A stretch of DNA of 64,000 bases from Euglena gracilis (Eukaryota), in assembly GCA_039621445.1 (NCBI GenBank), contig CP154954.1:41347572-41411571 (forward strand), read 5' to 3'. Of the stretch, positions 21,723-35,564 are shown one piece after another. The position numbers and the translations under genes are program-made. A model generated the notes under the pieces. That model had not been told where the DNA came from. It saw only the letters and a program-made list of their open reading frames with translations, and ran no database searches. How positions within the stretch are numbered: position 1 is the stretch's first letter; each line of letters begins with the position of its first letter.

Positions 21723-22219
21723 ATCCCCCACGTGCTGTTCCCAGTGGGCATAAAGGGTCCCGGGAACGGGAACAGGGGGGCCCTCACCCCCGCCCCTATT
21801 TGGCTGATGGCCAGGCTCCTTTGGATCGTTGACCTTTGGGGTACCTTCACCGAAGCCCCGTGGCCAATTCCTCCCCGACCCCCCCCCATTGGCCAATGGA
21901 CGTCCTTTGGGACCCCCAATTAGCCAGTTGGGGGGGCAATTGGGGGGGTGAGGGTAATTGGCAGGTACAAACAAAAACCTCCAAAAAGCGTCGTTTTTTG
22001 AACTTCGCCGGATGAGAAAAAGTCATGAACAATCCAACTGTGCACAAAAAAAATCAACCATTTTTGCGGTGGGTGAAAAATTAGGGTCCTCACGCCCCCC
22101 CCTTTTGGCTAATTCGCCAACAAAGTCGCAACTCGACCACCACCCAACCCTAACCTGACCTGCCCTGACCTGGCCCAACCCTGGTCCTCCCCTGCCAACT
22201 GGTTCGGCGGTTATTGGGG

Positions 22220-22483
22220 CTGTTAGTCGATCCACGGCCAAACCCCCCCACGACTCGATCCACACCCTTTCTTCCCCTATGCTTTGATGACGTCAAATAT
22301 GCAGCTGATTTGGACCTTATGACGTCATCCCTGGGTCACACACTCAAGTATGACGTCATACGGTCATCATTTTGCTTGTGTATGACGTCACATGGTCAAA
22401 TTATGACGTCACACATCCTGTTTTGCACTGAAAGTGGTCATTCCTATTGAATAGGGTTGAATAGGGTGTGGATCGACTAACAG
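22220..22483. mobile_element. MITE-like element with a 16-bp TIR and five TGACGTCA palindromes
   Basis: CTGTTAGTCGATCCAC / GTGGATCGACTAACAG; no TSD seen. Confidence 0.6.
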
Positions 22484-23807
22484 ACTTGATGCACTGCCGT
22501 GGTTTTGGAGATCGACTAACAGACAAGTACCGTTCCTTCAAGAGAGTTTTGGGGGGTGTGAAGGTCGAGGACGGAACAAGAACCCCAGTATTTTGTGTTG
22601 TTTGAGGCGGAGGGGGGGAGGGGGACAACCCCCCCCCCCGGTGTGAGGAGGCTGTGGGCCGACTAAGCGAATAAGTTCACATTCAAACACTTCACCCAAC
22701 TTGACACCATTATTTGCACAGAAAACAGCCCGAATTGAGGCCTGGGTGGTGGCGGAGGGGGGGGTTTCTGGGTCTCCTTCGTCAAAAGACCGCCACCGAA
22801 ATTTTTCTGTGTCGGATTTTATTGAAGGAGTAGGGTCAGGTGTGCAAATGGTTAGGTCGCGCAAAATGGCCATGGCCATTTGCGCACCTAACCCTACTCC
22901 TTCAATAACCCTAAAAATTGTGGCGGTCGTATAATGGAGGAGACGTTTTCTGGCCCTAATACACAGATATTCTTCGTTTGTAAAGGACTTGCATGCAATC
23001 CTTGTCAATCAGTGGTGACCCTGGGGGGGTCCTCCAAACATTGAGTGGAAAATGCCAAGTTTACACACCAAATTTGGCATTTTCCACTCAATGCTTGGAG
23101 GGATGCCCTCCCAGGGTCCAGGGGGGTGCCAGGACTTGGCGGGTACCCCGAAAACAGGGGGGGAAAAGCCAAAATCCAGCCGGGATGGCATTTCTTTTCA
23201 GCTTTTCTTTTGTGGTGATGAAAACGAACCAAAAATGCAATTTTGGCCTTTTCTGAGCCACTGGGCACCAGCACGGCTTCCCAAACTACTCCAGACTTTG
23301 TCCACCGAAAGGTCAGCTGGGTTTTTTTTGAAGCAGCATGATTTCTGAAAAGCGCAAAAACTACCATCAACTGTGCACCCGATGCAGCTCACAGAACGTT
23401 TGGAACTGGGCGAAGTGCAGGTTTCCGCTCAACCGTTTGCTGATTGCCACTGAGCCATTCGACACCTCACTTCACGACCACCTTTGCTGCATTGCCACTG
23501 ATTTCTCCACACTGCCACTGCCTGCACTGCACTGCTGGGCCAAGTGCAACTGTCGTCAAGTGAACAAGTCCACTTTATGCTTCCCTCTGTCACTCAAAAC
23601 TTCCAGTGGCCGCCAAAGTCACTGCGGTCTTTGACAAATCCTCATATAAAACAAACCATGAACAATGAATTGCAAGGGGGATTTCCTCGGCCTTGACTCA
23701 CTTCAGGACAATTGCAAGCCCTGGCAGTGAAATGCAAGCAGTGGCAGTGGAAGTTGGCTGTGCAGTGCAATGAAGGCATTCTTGCCGTCAAGTGAGGCAA
23801 GTCCCAT

Positions 23808-24092
23808 GTGCACCTCATCAAACAAGCCAATGGTGAAACTGGTGGTCTGCTGCTGAAACCCAATCACCAAAGTGCAAGTGCCATGATGCAACTGGCAGCT
23901 GGCAGCAGAGTCAACCGCCATTGACTCTCTGACAGCAGTGCAGTGCAGTGCAGTGCAGTGCACCTCTTCAATCAAGCAAATGGCGAAACTTCTGAGGTCT
24001 GCTGCTGAAACAGAATCGCCAAGTGCCAAATGATGCAAATGATCCAATTGTCAGCTGTCAGCAGAGTCAACTGCCGTTGACTCTCTGACAGC
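23808..24092. repeat. Diverged tandem duplication (~150 bp) separated by (CAGTG)n
   Basis: GTGCACCTC...GGTCTGCTGCTGAAAC...GCAGAGTCAAC...TTGACTCTCTGACAGC occurs twice. Confidence 0.8.
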
Positions 24093-24449
24093 TCAATCGA
24101 GACGTTTTTTGGGAAACCTGCATTCAACCTTCAGTGGCCAAACGTTCCATGATCTGGAGCCCAATGCAGGATGACCAGGAACCTGGATTTATGACGAGGT
24201 TTAAGAAGAACAAGCATCATAAAACCTTACAGCGGGAGAAAATTTTCGTGTTGATCACAAAGCATGTGGAAAATGAACTCGGAAAAACAGGCGAACTTCT
24301 GCATCAGTGCACACCAGCAGTGATCCCGAAATCCACAGCAAACCAATAATGATAACTGTTTTTGAATTCATTGCTTGAATTCTGTTCGCGCAGGCAAACG
24401 TGGGGAGCCAGGGCAGCCAGGGCAGCAAGACAAGGGATTCCCCCCCCCC

Positions 24450-26755
24450 CCCCGGTCAGCCGACCTCCTCGCCACGGCATGCCGAACCATACCAACGAAT
24501 TTCTTGCGAAATTCCTTGCGAAATTCCAGCTTCACGAGGGTGGACCCCCCTGGGGAACTGACCCCCTCGGCACGGCAAAATGGGCACCCCCCCTCCTGGT
24601 GGCCGGGGGTCCTCGTCAGACGTCAGGCGCGGCGAACCTCCCTCGACGACAAAAAGAACCACCTACCTACTACCGACTGGTCGGCCGACAAGTCGGCTGA
24701 CCAATTGGTGGGGGGTGGGGGGTCGTGGGTAGTCGGCCGACTTGTCGGCCGACTCTCCACTCTAATGTACTAACGGGTCAAAAACCGCCGACTCTTAAGC
24801 CCCCCTGGAAAATTTTTTGTCCAAATCATCTCAACACCAATCAAAACCCTCCCAAATGGCTCCAAAACCCCCCAATCAGGGGGTGAATATGCAAAAAATT
24901 GGGGGAAATATCCATTTTGGGCCACTTTTGGCAAAAGAACACCTCTCCCCATTGGATTTTCAATAAAGCAAAATTTGCACAAAAAGGACTTATCCCTCCA
25001 ACTATATTGCTAAAATAGAAGGGATTTTGTTATTTGAGGGGGGGGGTGCGGGGGGAGCCAAAAAACGACTTAGCCCCCGAGTACGTTGCCAACATAGAAG
25101 GAGAGAGCCACAAAAACGACTTTGCCCCCGAGTGTGTTGCCAACGCAGAAGGGATTTTGTTATTTGAGGCTCGGATGGGGGTGAGGGGGAGTTTTCTGCC
25201 TCTCGTGATGCAGAATGCTTGCATTTCTAATGGATTTTCATGTAATCCCTGTTTCATCATTGGTTTTTTTACCCCTCCAGATCCCCATCAAGGGCCCACC
25301 GACCTCCACCGACCAAAGATTTCCATCTGGGGGTGTTTATTTGGGGGGTGATTTGGGCCGGCCACAGACCATTTTTATGACCACCGATTAGCCACCGATT
25401 GGTTTGCATCTCCACTGCCAACCCCCACTCAAAAATCGGCCAAAAACTGGCCGATTTTCGGCTCGGGTGGGGGTGGATGGGGGGAGTTTTCTGCCTCTCG
25501 TGATGCAGAATGCTTGCATTTCTAAAGGATTTTCATGTAATCCCTGTTTCATCATTGGTTTTTTACCCCTCCGGACCCCCATCAAGGGCCCACCGACCCC
25601 CACCCCAAAGATTTCCGTCTGGGGGTGTTTAACGTGACCCCCCCCCCCGGAGCGTTTTGACCCCCCTGGCGACAATTAGGGTGGGGGTGACAATGAGGGG
25701 GGGTTACTCAATTCATAGTGGGCACACCTGTTTTTTTTTACGTTGTTTTTTTTTGTTTTTTTTTATTTCTAACAATGTTTTTTTAAAAAAAAACAAAAAA
25801 AACGCCCACTAGCTTTCTCAAAGCCAAATTTTCGACCCCCCCCTTATTTGACCCCCCCTTTATTTGAGCATTTGGGGGGTCCTCAAGCCCCTGGGTGTGC
25901 TCAAATAAGGGGAGGGGGGGGTGGTAAGTGTCTTACCCCTAAATAACGTGACCCCCCCTATTTGTCACCCCCCCCTAATAGTCGCCCCCCCCCATTGGGG
26001 GGGGCGACAATTAGGGGGGGGTTACCCATGGACCCATGTACATGTGGGGTAAATTGAGTCATAGTGGGCATTTTTTTTGTTTTTTTTTAAAAAAAACAAA
26101 ACAACGTGTTTTTTTTAAAAAAAACACTAAAAAAAACAAAAGGGACATTTCATTGAGAAAACTCGTTATGAAACACCCAAACCATACTTTGAATCCTACT
26201 CAGTTCAAAAAAGTGCCAAAAATGGTCGAAAACATCCAAAAAAGCAGAAAAAATGCAATTTTATTACTTTTTCCATTTTTTTATGGGAGATAGTTTTTGA
26301 CAAGACTGACCCAGAAGTTGCAAAAATGACCGAAAATACGCATTCAAAAATTTTTCTTTGCAAAACCTAGGACAAAAAAATTTTGTCGCCTTCGGTGCCT
26401 GGAAAAAAAATTTTCCCCAGACCCAAATGCTCAATTAAGGGGGGGGGTCAAATAAAGGGGAGGGGGGGTGGTATTTGGACCCATCCGGACCATTTCCGAG
26501 TGATTTGGGCACGGACCATTTTTATGACCACCGACTAGCCACAGACTAGTTTGCATTGGATTTTCTTCAGGGGGAGGGGGCTTAAAAGTCGGCGGTTTGG
26601 ACCAGTTAGCACATTAGAGTTGGTAGTCGGCCGACCAGTCGGCCGACTGCCCACTTGGTCGGCCGACTAGGCCTGGTCGGTAACCAGTCGGAGAGGGGGT
26701 GGGGGGGGGGGTAGTTGGGTAGTCGGCCGACTTGTCGGCTGACCACCCCCTCCCA
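24450..26755. mobile_element. Large nested element with long inverted arms rich in GTCGGCCGAC
   Basis: 24670-24815 is the reverse complement of ~26562-26745 (CTCTAATGT(A/G)CTAAC...AACCGCCGACT(C/T)TTAAGCCCCC). Confidence 0.65.
25169..25631. repeat. Direct duplication of a ~170-bp unit (period ~292 bp)
   Basis: GAGTTTTCTGCCTCTCGTGATGCAGAATGCTTGCATTTCTAA...TCTGGGGGTGTTTA at ~25190-25340 and ~25484-25631. Confidence 0.85.
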
Positions 26756-27552
26756 GCCTACCGTTTGGCACCGCTGCACAAGGCCTCCCGTTCTTTGGAC
26801 AAATAAGGTGTTCACCAACTCTACGTGTGCAACATGGTACAATCAACGTTTGAATTTTTCATCGGCTGCCAAAGATGCTCCAACCTTCAACAAAGCAAAC
26901 AAACAAAGCCCCAACCTTCGGCCAAAGGACACTCCCAGCATCAATCTCCGACCACTGATCTCCAATGTCACGCCACTTTGCATTTCATCAAATTCCGGCG
27001 ATCGCGAGGGAATTTCTGGCTGTGTCAATTGTGCAAGTATAAAATCACCCCTCGATCGAAAGCTCTTTGCATCAGACGACTGGCGATCACCACCAATTTC
27101 AGCCACGTCGCCTGGAGCTCTTATTTTCTGTCACTGGGGAACCCCCCCAAGGCCCTCAAGTCGTTGATTCGAAGAGGAAAAACGTTTCTGTAGGGTTTAT
27201 GCAGCATCTTAAACCAAAAATCACTGAAAATTGCGACAAATTTCGACTCAGATTCTGGCCGATCCAACCAGCGCGAGCGTCTCTCGGGCTGCGTGCAACG
27301 TTAGGGTACCAAGTTACCCCTCGATCGAAAGCTCTTTCAAGCTCTTTCTCTTTTCAACAGACGACCAGCGGTGCTCAGATCTTTCCACGCTGCACGGTAC
27401 TCTATTTCCAAATCTGGGCCAATTTTCACCAAATTTGGATATCCACCCTAGTGGTCCCCAGCAACGCCGTTCCAGCCTCATGCATCCTCCGCCCCCAGGG
27501 GAGGAGGTCCAACGGAATTCCCCCCCCGCAACTGCCAAATATTTTTTTTGGT

Positions 27553-27692
27553 AGTTTCAATCACCTTGTCCAAAAGTTTCAATTACCTTGTCCAAAAGCT
27601 TCAAATAACTTTGTCCAAAAGTTTTAATTTCTTTGTCCAGAAGTTTCAACAATTTTGTCCAAAAGTTTCAATTATTTGTCCGAAAGTTTCAA
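27553..27692. repeat. ~21-22-bp minisatellite (TTGTCCAAAAGTTTCAA core); second patch at ~31242-31330
   Basis: About six tandem imperfect units read directly. Confidence 0.8.
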
Positions 27693-30600
27693 CATCTCTG
27701 GGTCCCGGCTGTAAAACGCCGGTTTAAGAAAAGGGGTGGTGGACAACGGGTTCACGGCAGAACCGGTGTCCGCCACCCCTTTTCTGATATATTGGAGGTA
27801 TTTGAAGCGGATTGGTCCAAAAAGTCCGAAATTTGACCCAGGCCAAAAAACCTCCAAGATTGCCAAAAAAAATGACCAGAAAATGGTTTTCCATGTCCAT
27901 GTGTTAAGCCGGCGTTTGAGACGCCGGGCTCAGGACAGAACCCGCGTCCCTGGAGACAAGGCACAGGGGGGGGAGGGGGGGTCCGAGGGGGGGGGGTTGG
28001 AAGCTGTACAGGGGGGGGGAGGGGGGGTCCCCAGAAAATCACAACTGTACTGCCTACCCCCGAGACAGTTGCGACATTTTTCGTCCAATTGAGGTTGGCA
28101 ATGATGGATTTTGCGAAATTCAGATTCATTTTGCAAAACATTTGTGTCTTGTAAAAAGAGTGGTAGCCAGTATTTTCACTTTAAACACTTAACGTGACCC
28201 CCCCTTATTTGTCCCCCCCCCCTAATTGGCCAGAGCCCAGGTGGCCAATTAGGGGGGGGGGGGTCTCATTTCAAGGCTTATTCGGGTGTTTTTCGGGGGT
28301 TCGCGATTATGAAGGACGGGGTCCAGATGGCCAATTGGGGGGGGGGGGTTAGGGGTAACCCTCCCCCTAATTGTCCCCCCCCCCCCTAATTGGCCAGAAG
28401 GGGGGTCCGGGCCGCCCGGAGGGCGGCCAAATAGGGGGGGAGGGGTTGGTAGTAGAAACGCAGGAAGCAGCTTCAATCACTCCCCCTTGGCACACCATGC
28501 GGAATTGAGCCAGGGTTGACGTTTTTTTGTTTTTCAACAAAAAAACGAGTGTATGAGTCGGGGGGGGGGGTCGCGGGGGGAACGTGGAAGTTTTGACGGG
28601 TCTCACGTGACAAGTGTGACCTCTCATACAACGTCACATGGGACCTATTTTTAGAACTTTTGGGTCCAAAAATAGCTCCAATTAGGAATTTGTCACACAT
28701 TTTAGGCATTTTTGATTCCTAATTTGGGTGCAAATTCCTAATTAGGTGCCCTTTTTTGGCTCCTACTGGGATTCGGAAACCCTCCATGTGTGGGTCGCGG
28801 GGGGGTCGCGGGGGGGTCGCGGGGGGGGTCGCGGGGGATACACCCCCAACAAAAAAATATGTTTTTTTTCCAAAAAAAAACACACAAAAACATGTTTTCT
28901 TTTTTAGAAAAAGCAAAATTTGACCCTTTTCCTTGCGAAATGCCCATTTTTTGAGGAAAAGGTTTTAAGGTTATTTTTTTGGTCATCAAAAGTGACGTAT
29001 TTTTAGTTTTTCCGGCACCTTTAATGGACTACGAAGCTGCAGAGATGAAAAAAAAGTAAAAAAAAAGTTTAAAAAATTCCCCCAAACCCCCATGAGGTTT
29101 TTTTTGTTTTTTTTAAAAAAAACATATTTTTTCTTAGGGGGTACTCCCCCCCTTCCCCCCCCCCCCCCCCAGTTACACCCCCGTGACCCCCCCGTGACCT
29201 GAGAATCGATCCTTCGCCATTCTTTTTTTTCAGCATTTTTTTTAAAAAAAAACAATGAACTTTCATGCATCCTTCTCCGCCCAATGCGCCTTCACACCCA
29301 AAAATTGGGGGTCAGGGAGGAAATATGACACTTTGCAGGTAGCCGGGAGGCAACATCCATGACGTGGCATCGCGATAAAATTGGTCATTTTTTGAAAAGG
29401 TAATTTTGTTAGGATTTTCTTGACCAACACGTTTTTGGGATGAAGTTTGGGCCTTTTTTGACAAAATTCCGTTTTGGGTGGGGAAATGCACCAGTTTTTG
29501 GCACTTCTTTCAGGGGAAAAGATTTTTGGCCCCCGCCCCGTGACCCCCCCCATGACCCCCCCGCGACCCGCACCACCCCCTTGAAAAACGGCTTGTTTTT
29601 TTGTTTCAAAAAAACAAGCCGTTTTTTTAAAAAAAATTTCATCTGTCTCGGGGGGGGTTGGAAGTGGGGGGGAGGGGGGGGTCCCGGGAGGGGGGGGGTT
29701 GGAACTGTACAGGGGGGGGGAGGGGGGGGTCCCAAGGTTTGACCAACTGTGCTGCCTTGTCCCCCCCCCCACGGGCTTCCGGACGCCGGTTCTGTCCTAA
29801 AGCCCGGCGTTAGGAACGCCGGCTTTGTCCAAAGCCCGGCATCCGATTTTCATTCCTAAAAATGTCACCAAAAGTGCCCAAAAGTGGCCCTAAGGTGCTG
29901 GTATGAGTGTTTCAACCATCAAGGACAATGAATTTTGCCATCTGAGCAGGCTGGGAGGGACATGCGGATTTTGTTTGTCCACCAGCTGGGATTTCTGAGT
30001 CATGGCCAGCCCCCCCCCCCCCCCAGGACCAAGGAGCGTTCTGGGGGGTGGAACTGGCCATGGGGTCGTCACCAGAGGGTGGAGGGGTCCCCCGGGGCTT
30101 CCTCCGCTCCGCAGTTTTTTCAAATGAAGGAAAAAGTGGCACATTTCTTCAAGGAAATGCTTACTTTGACTTCGAACAAGAGCAAACTTGAGCGGTTTTG
30201 TTCTTGATGAGATTTTTGTTTGGTTCCCCTGAATCTGCCCGCGTTTTCAGGGTTGCCTACATTTGGATTTTGACCTTGTACCGGCGGTTGTTTAATGTGA
30301 CCCCCCACCCCCAAATCTCTGACACCAGCCGTGCATGGGACAAGTAAGGTTGGACGATTAATCTTAATCGACGGCACCGAACAATTAATGCCGATTAATC
30401 GGGGGGTGGCGAAGGCCCGCCTGTGCAATTTTGGGAGGGGGTTGCTTTGCAGTGCCGATTTGGCCAACGTTGCAATTGCAATTTTCAGCCTTGGTGTTTC
30501 AGAAGCTTGTTTTGAGCACAATTTTTCTCACCAGAGTCTCCTGCATAGCGACTTGCGCGCTAAGCTGGATGACTCTTCCATCCGTGGTCTGATGTCTGTG

Positions 30601-32101
30601 CGTATGAATCTATCCCGTTTGTTTCCGAACAGGTCTCCCCCAAAAGAAAGCAACACACAGTGACATTTCTGCGAGACAGAGCCTCCAAAATGATCACTCC
30701 CAAGTGTTTTCCTGCCCTGCTTTCTCAATGGTTTCCTTGGGAAGACCGATTATTTCGATTAATCACCCCCTGGCAGAATCAAGGGGTGGCGAACGATTAA
30801 TCAAAAGAATCGATTAATCGAAACAACCTTAGGACAAGGTCGACAAGATCGGGGGGGGGGGTCAACAAATTTCTTTTGGCAGACCCTGGCCCAGAATTTT
30901 GGCCGGGCGGGAGGGGGGACAAGATCGGGGGGGGGGGGTGAGGGTCCAAACTCACCATTGCTTGTCCCGTTTGCAAATGTAAAATTGATGGGTTCTGAGA
31001 GGGCATTGGTTTTTCCCCCTTTGTCGGCGGTTGCTTGTTAGAAGTGCGGTTATTTTTTTTTAAAAATTTGGAGAAGGAATGGTGTGATTGTCGTCAAAAT
31101 TGGACAGTATGAATTGTTTCTTCTGATGAACCAAACTGACCAAGCGTCAAACAAAGCGAAGCGTGAAGGCGTGGGGTTACACTTTGAACGCAATACAAGA
31201 TTTGAGGACTGCCTCAATTCATGTGCTTATTATTTTTTTCTAAGTTTCAATTACCATGTCCAAAAGTTTAATAACTTTGTCCAAAAGTTTCAGTAGTTTT
31301 GTCCAAAAGTTTCAATAATTTGTCCAATTTGGTCCAAATAGTGTCAATAACCCTGTCCACTCACTGTAGGCGCCGGGTTCATGACAGAACCGGCTTCCCC
31401 AACCTTCGGTCAAAGGACACTCCCAGGACCCCCCTGGCGACAATGGGGGGGGTTACTCAATTTATCCTGGGTCCATGGGTAACCCCCCCTAAATTGTCGC
31501 CCCCCAAGGGGGGGGGACTATAAGGGGGGGTGACAAAGAGGGGGGTCACGTTTTGTGCTTCGATATAGGTGCAGATATAAACATAGATGTAAATATAGAC
31601 ATGGATATAGACATAGACATAGATATACGGCCAATTAGGGGGGGGGGGGTTAGGGGTACCCCTCCTAATTGTCCCCCACCCCTAATTGGCCAGAAGGGAG
31701 GTCCGGGCCGCCCAGAGGGCGGCCAAATAGAGGGAGGGTCACGTTGGGGGTGTCTCCCCCGCGTCCCCCCCGCGTCCCCCCCCCCCCCGCGTCCCCCCCG
31801 CGTCCCACTTTGGACCCAAAATTTTGTTCTCGAGACAGCCAAATTCAGGAGGCTGATTCCTAATTTCAGGCAAATTTGAGGTTGGTGATTCCTAATTTGG
31901 TGTGGGTGATTCCTAATTTGGGGTGGGTTAGTCCTAATTTGTTGTGGTAGGATTCTAATTTGGCTAAATGTTTCTCGCGGCAAATTCCTAATTTCGCTGT
32001 CCCAAAAATGGCGTCTCCCCCGCGCCCCCCCCCGCGTCCCCCCCCGAGTCCCCCCCGCGTCCCAGACACCCCCGTTAGATAGATAGATAGGAGGCTAGGC
32101 A

Positions 32102-32569
32102 TAAGGTTGTGCCAATTAATCGTTTCGGGCTGGCGAACGATTAACCGCGATTAATCGGGGTGTCTCGGACGATTAACGATTAATTGGTCCCTTCCAATTT
32201 TTGATGATGAAATCTGTCTAAGAAATTCTAATATCGAACCTAGACCATTTCTTTGTGTGCCCGGTGACGAATTTTTGTTTCATTCTCTGTCGACATGGCA
32301 GAACAAAGCTTATTAGGAACTGCTATATCTAAATCAGAATCGCGCGATGTTTCACGGGCACGTTCGCTGACCACTTTTAACAACCGTTTTCATGGTGTAC
32401 TAGCAAGTAGTGTGCTATTTGACTGACTACCCCACGAATTTTTGTTGATTTCAACAAAAATTGTGCCTATTGTGGTTTACATCCACAATGAACGATTAAT
32501 CACCATGGGCCGAACGATTCGATTAATCGGCGATGACGAACGATTAATCGATTAATCGAAACAGCCCTA
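32102..32569. mobile_element. hAT-type MITE with TA(A/G)GG...CCCTA ends and CGATTAATCG subterminal repeats; relative at ~30345-30832
   Basis: TAAGGTTGTGCCAATTAATCG / CGATTAATCGAAACAGCCCTA; CTAGGCA on both flanks. Confidence 0.75.
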
Positions 32570-33233
32570 CTAGGCACAGTGGGGGGGGGGCTGGGGGGCG
32601 AGCGGCCGCGCGGGGGGGGGGGGGGGGGGGGGGGGGGTCCGAGGGCAGCCGCGCGGGCGGAACGCACCCTAGAATTCATGATTTTCGGGTCCAAAAAGTG
32701 GTCATTTTTGCCATTTTGGGCCATTTTTGACCAAAAAAGTGCTTTTTTGGCCGCGCGCAGAGTGCGCGGCCCCCAAATTTGCCATTTTGTGTTCGAAAAT
32801 GATCATTTTTGGTCATTTTTGGGCCTCAAAAAATCGCGATTTTTCACCGAAAATTTTTTTCTTGGCTATGCACAGTGGGGGGTGGGGGGGTCCGGGGGGG
32901 GGTGTATCGGGGGGGCGGGCGGGCGGCCGCGCGGGCGGCCGCGCAGGGGGGGGGAGGGGGGGTCCCGGACCCCCCCCCCCGAGCGGTGCGCCTAGCCTCC
33001 ATAGATAGATAGATAGATGGATGGATGGATGGATAGACAGATAGACAGATAGGTGGATAGGTAGAAGGGTAGATGGTTAGATGGATAGATAGATAGATAG
33101 TCAGACAAGGCAAAATTCCTTTATGATGCTGAAAAAAGGGCCCAAATAACCTGGCAGGGGGGGGAGGGCCAAAAGTTGGTTTAATTTTTGGATTGCCTTA
33201 TGCTTCCTCACCCTTCAGCCATTTTCCAGCCGG

Positions 33234-33596
<363 letters not shown>

Positions 33597-33674
33597 ACGT
33601 GACCCCCCCTGTTTGTCACCCCCCCCAATAGTCCACAATTAGGGGGGGGTTACCCCCCACAATTAGGGGGGGGG

Positions 33675-35564
33675 GGTTTGAATAGTGCTGAGCTCTTTAT
33701 AAGCGCACACCCACCCCTTCATTGACCCCTCCATACATACCGGCCCACTCCATGGAGCTCTTTTGCCTGAAATCCATGTGATTTGTGCCAGAAACAGGGC
33801 GCCGGTGGGTCGAAAAACACTCATTTTCGGCTCGAAAACAGTTTTTCCGGGTCCGGGAGGCCCAAAAACATTGTTTTGGTCCAAAAAAAATGTTTCGATT
33901 TTTTTCGACTTTTTTGACCGGGTTTGACTCAAAGTCAATGGGTCGGCGGCCCAAAACGGGGCGCTAGCGGGCCGAAAACCGCTCGTTTCTGGCTCAAAAA
34001 CAGTTTTTCCGGGTCTGGGAGGCCAAAAAACATCGTTTCGGGCAAAATTTTTTTTTCGATTTTTCGACTTTTTTTTGACCCGGTTTGGACCCAAAGTCAA
34101 TGTGACGGCGGTCCAAAACGGGGCGCCGGCGGGTCGAAAAACGCTCGTTTTCGGCTGGAAAACAGTTTTTCTGGGTCCGGGAGGCCAAAAAACATCGTTT
34201 CGGGCAAAAAAAATTTTTCGGTTTTTTTCGAGTCAATGAGTCGGCGGCCCAAAACGGGGCGCTGGCGGGTCGAAAAACGCTCATTTTCGGCTCAAAAACA
34301 GTTTTTCTGGGTCCGGGAGGCCAATAAACATCGTTTCGGGCAATTTTTTTTCGATTTTTTTTCGACTTTTTTGGCCAAAAATGGCCAAGTGGAACAGAGG
34401 GAAAAGTGTACAAAATGGCTTGAAACGGCCCAAATTGGCCAAAAAACGCCCGTATCTCGGGCTGGGCAGGGAGTTGCGGGGAAACCAAAATCCCAGTAGA
34501 TAGAGCGTTCCAAGGGCTTCAATTTAGGTCTGTGGACCTTTCCTTTGATTTTGCATCATTTTCGAGAAATTTTGAAAACATTGATTTTTTGACCCCCCAC
34601 CCCCCGAAAACGGCAAAGTCGGACAATGGGAAAAGTGTGCAAAACGGTCATCCGGGTCGAAAACGGCCGTATCTCGGGCTAGGGGGGAGTTGCGGGGGAA
34701 ATCAAAATACTGGTAGATGGGGCGTTCCAAGGGCTTCAAATTAGGTCTCCGGACATTTCCTTTGATTTGGCTTCATTTTGGAGATATTTTGAAAATTGAC
34801 ATTTTTTGGCCGAAATGGCAGAGTCCAAAGGGGGGGGAGGCTTATCCAGGGGGGGGGCGGGCCGATCCTACCCAGTTTGGGCCCCTTCGCGCGTGAATAA
34901 CTCGGGTCTGGCGGGGAGTTGGGGGTCAAACCCAGGTGATTCGGAAACTAGAAATCCAGTCGCATCTGAAAAAAAATTCCGGGAACTGGGCCGGGGTCAT
35001 GGTGATAATCCGCGGTTTTCACGGTCTACCCAGAGGGGGGGGGGGCGGGGGAAGGGGGGGGGCGGGTCCGACCCCCCACTTCATAGCTGGCACTTCGTTT
35101 AAAACGAAGTCAAAAAAAACAGGTTTTTTAAAAAAAAACATGTTTTTTTTAAAAAAAACAAAAAAAACGCCATTGAGGGTCCAGGGCAAAAAAAAATTTT
35201 GCCTTTAATTTTAGCTTTTTTGCCCATCCTCGGTCAGAGAAAGACACCAAATTTGGGATGTTTCAAGTTGAAACATCCCAAAATGGCAGAAAAATGCCCT
35301 ATTTTGACCATTCTTGCTGAAGACAACCAAAAGTATTGGTTTTCAAGTCATTTGAGCTAAGATTGGTTCACCCTTGCGATCAAAGGCAAAATTTGGACCA
35401 TCATTTTCCCCTTTGTTTTTTTTTGCCGTTTTTTTTGCCCGTTTTTTTTAATAAAAAACAAAAAAAACGTTTTTTTTAAAAAAAACAAAAAAAACGCCAG
35501 CTATGCCCCACTTTTCCCTGGTGGTGAGCTTCGCTATTACTCTAAAGAGATAAGAGCTCAGCGA
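33675..35564 (-). mobile_element. Non-autonomous Helitron2-like element, copy 1 (~3.5 satellite units; 3' tip missing)
   Basis: 5'-TCGCTGAGCTCTT with hairpin on the minus strand; subterminal AAGAGCTCAGC; collinear with copy 3. Confidence 0.65.
35082..35505. mobile_element. hAT-type MITE (CATAG ends) inserted in Helitron-like copy 1
   Basis: TIR CATAGCTGGC / GCCAGCTATG; perfect TSD CCCCACTT. Confidence 0.9.
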
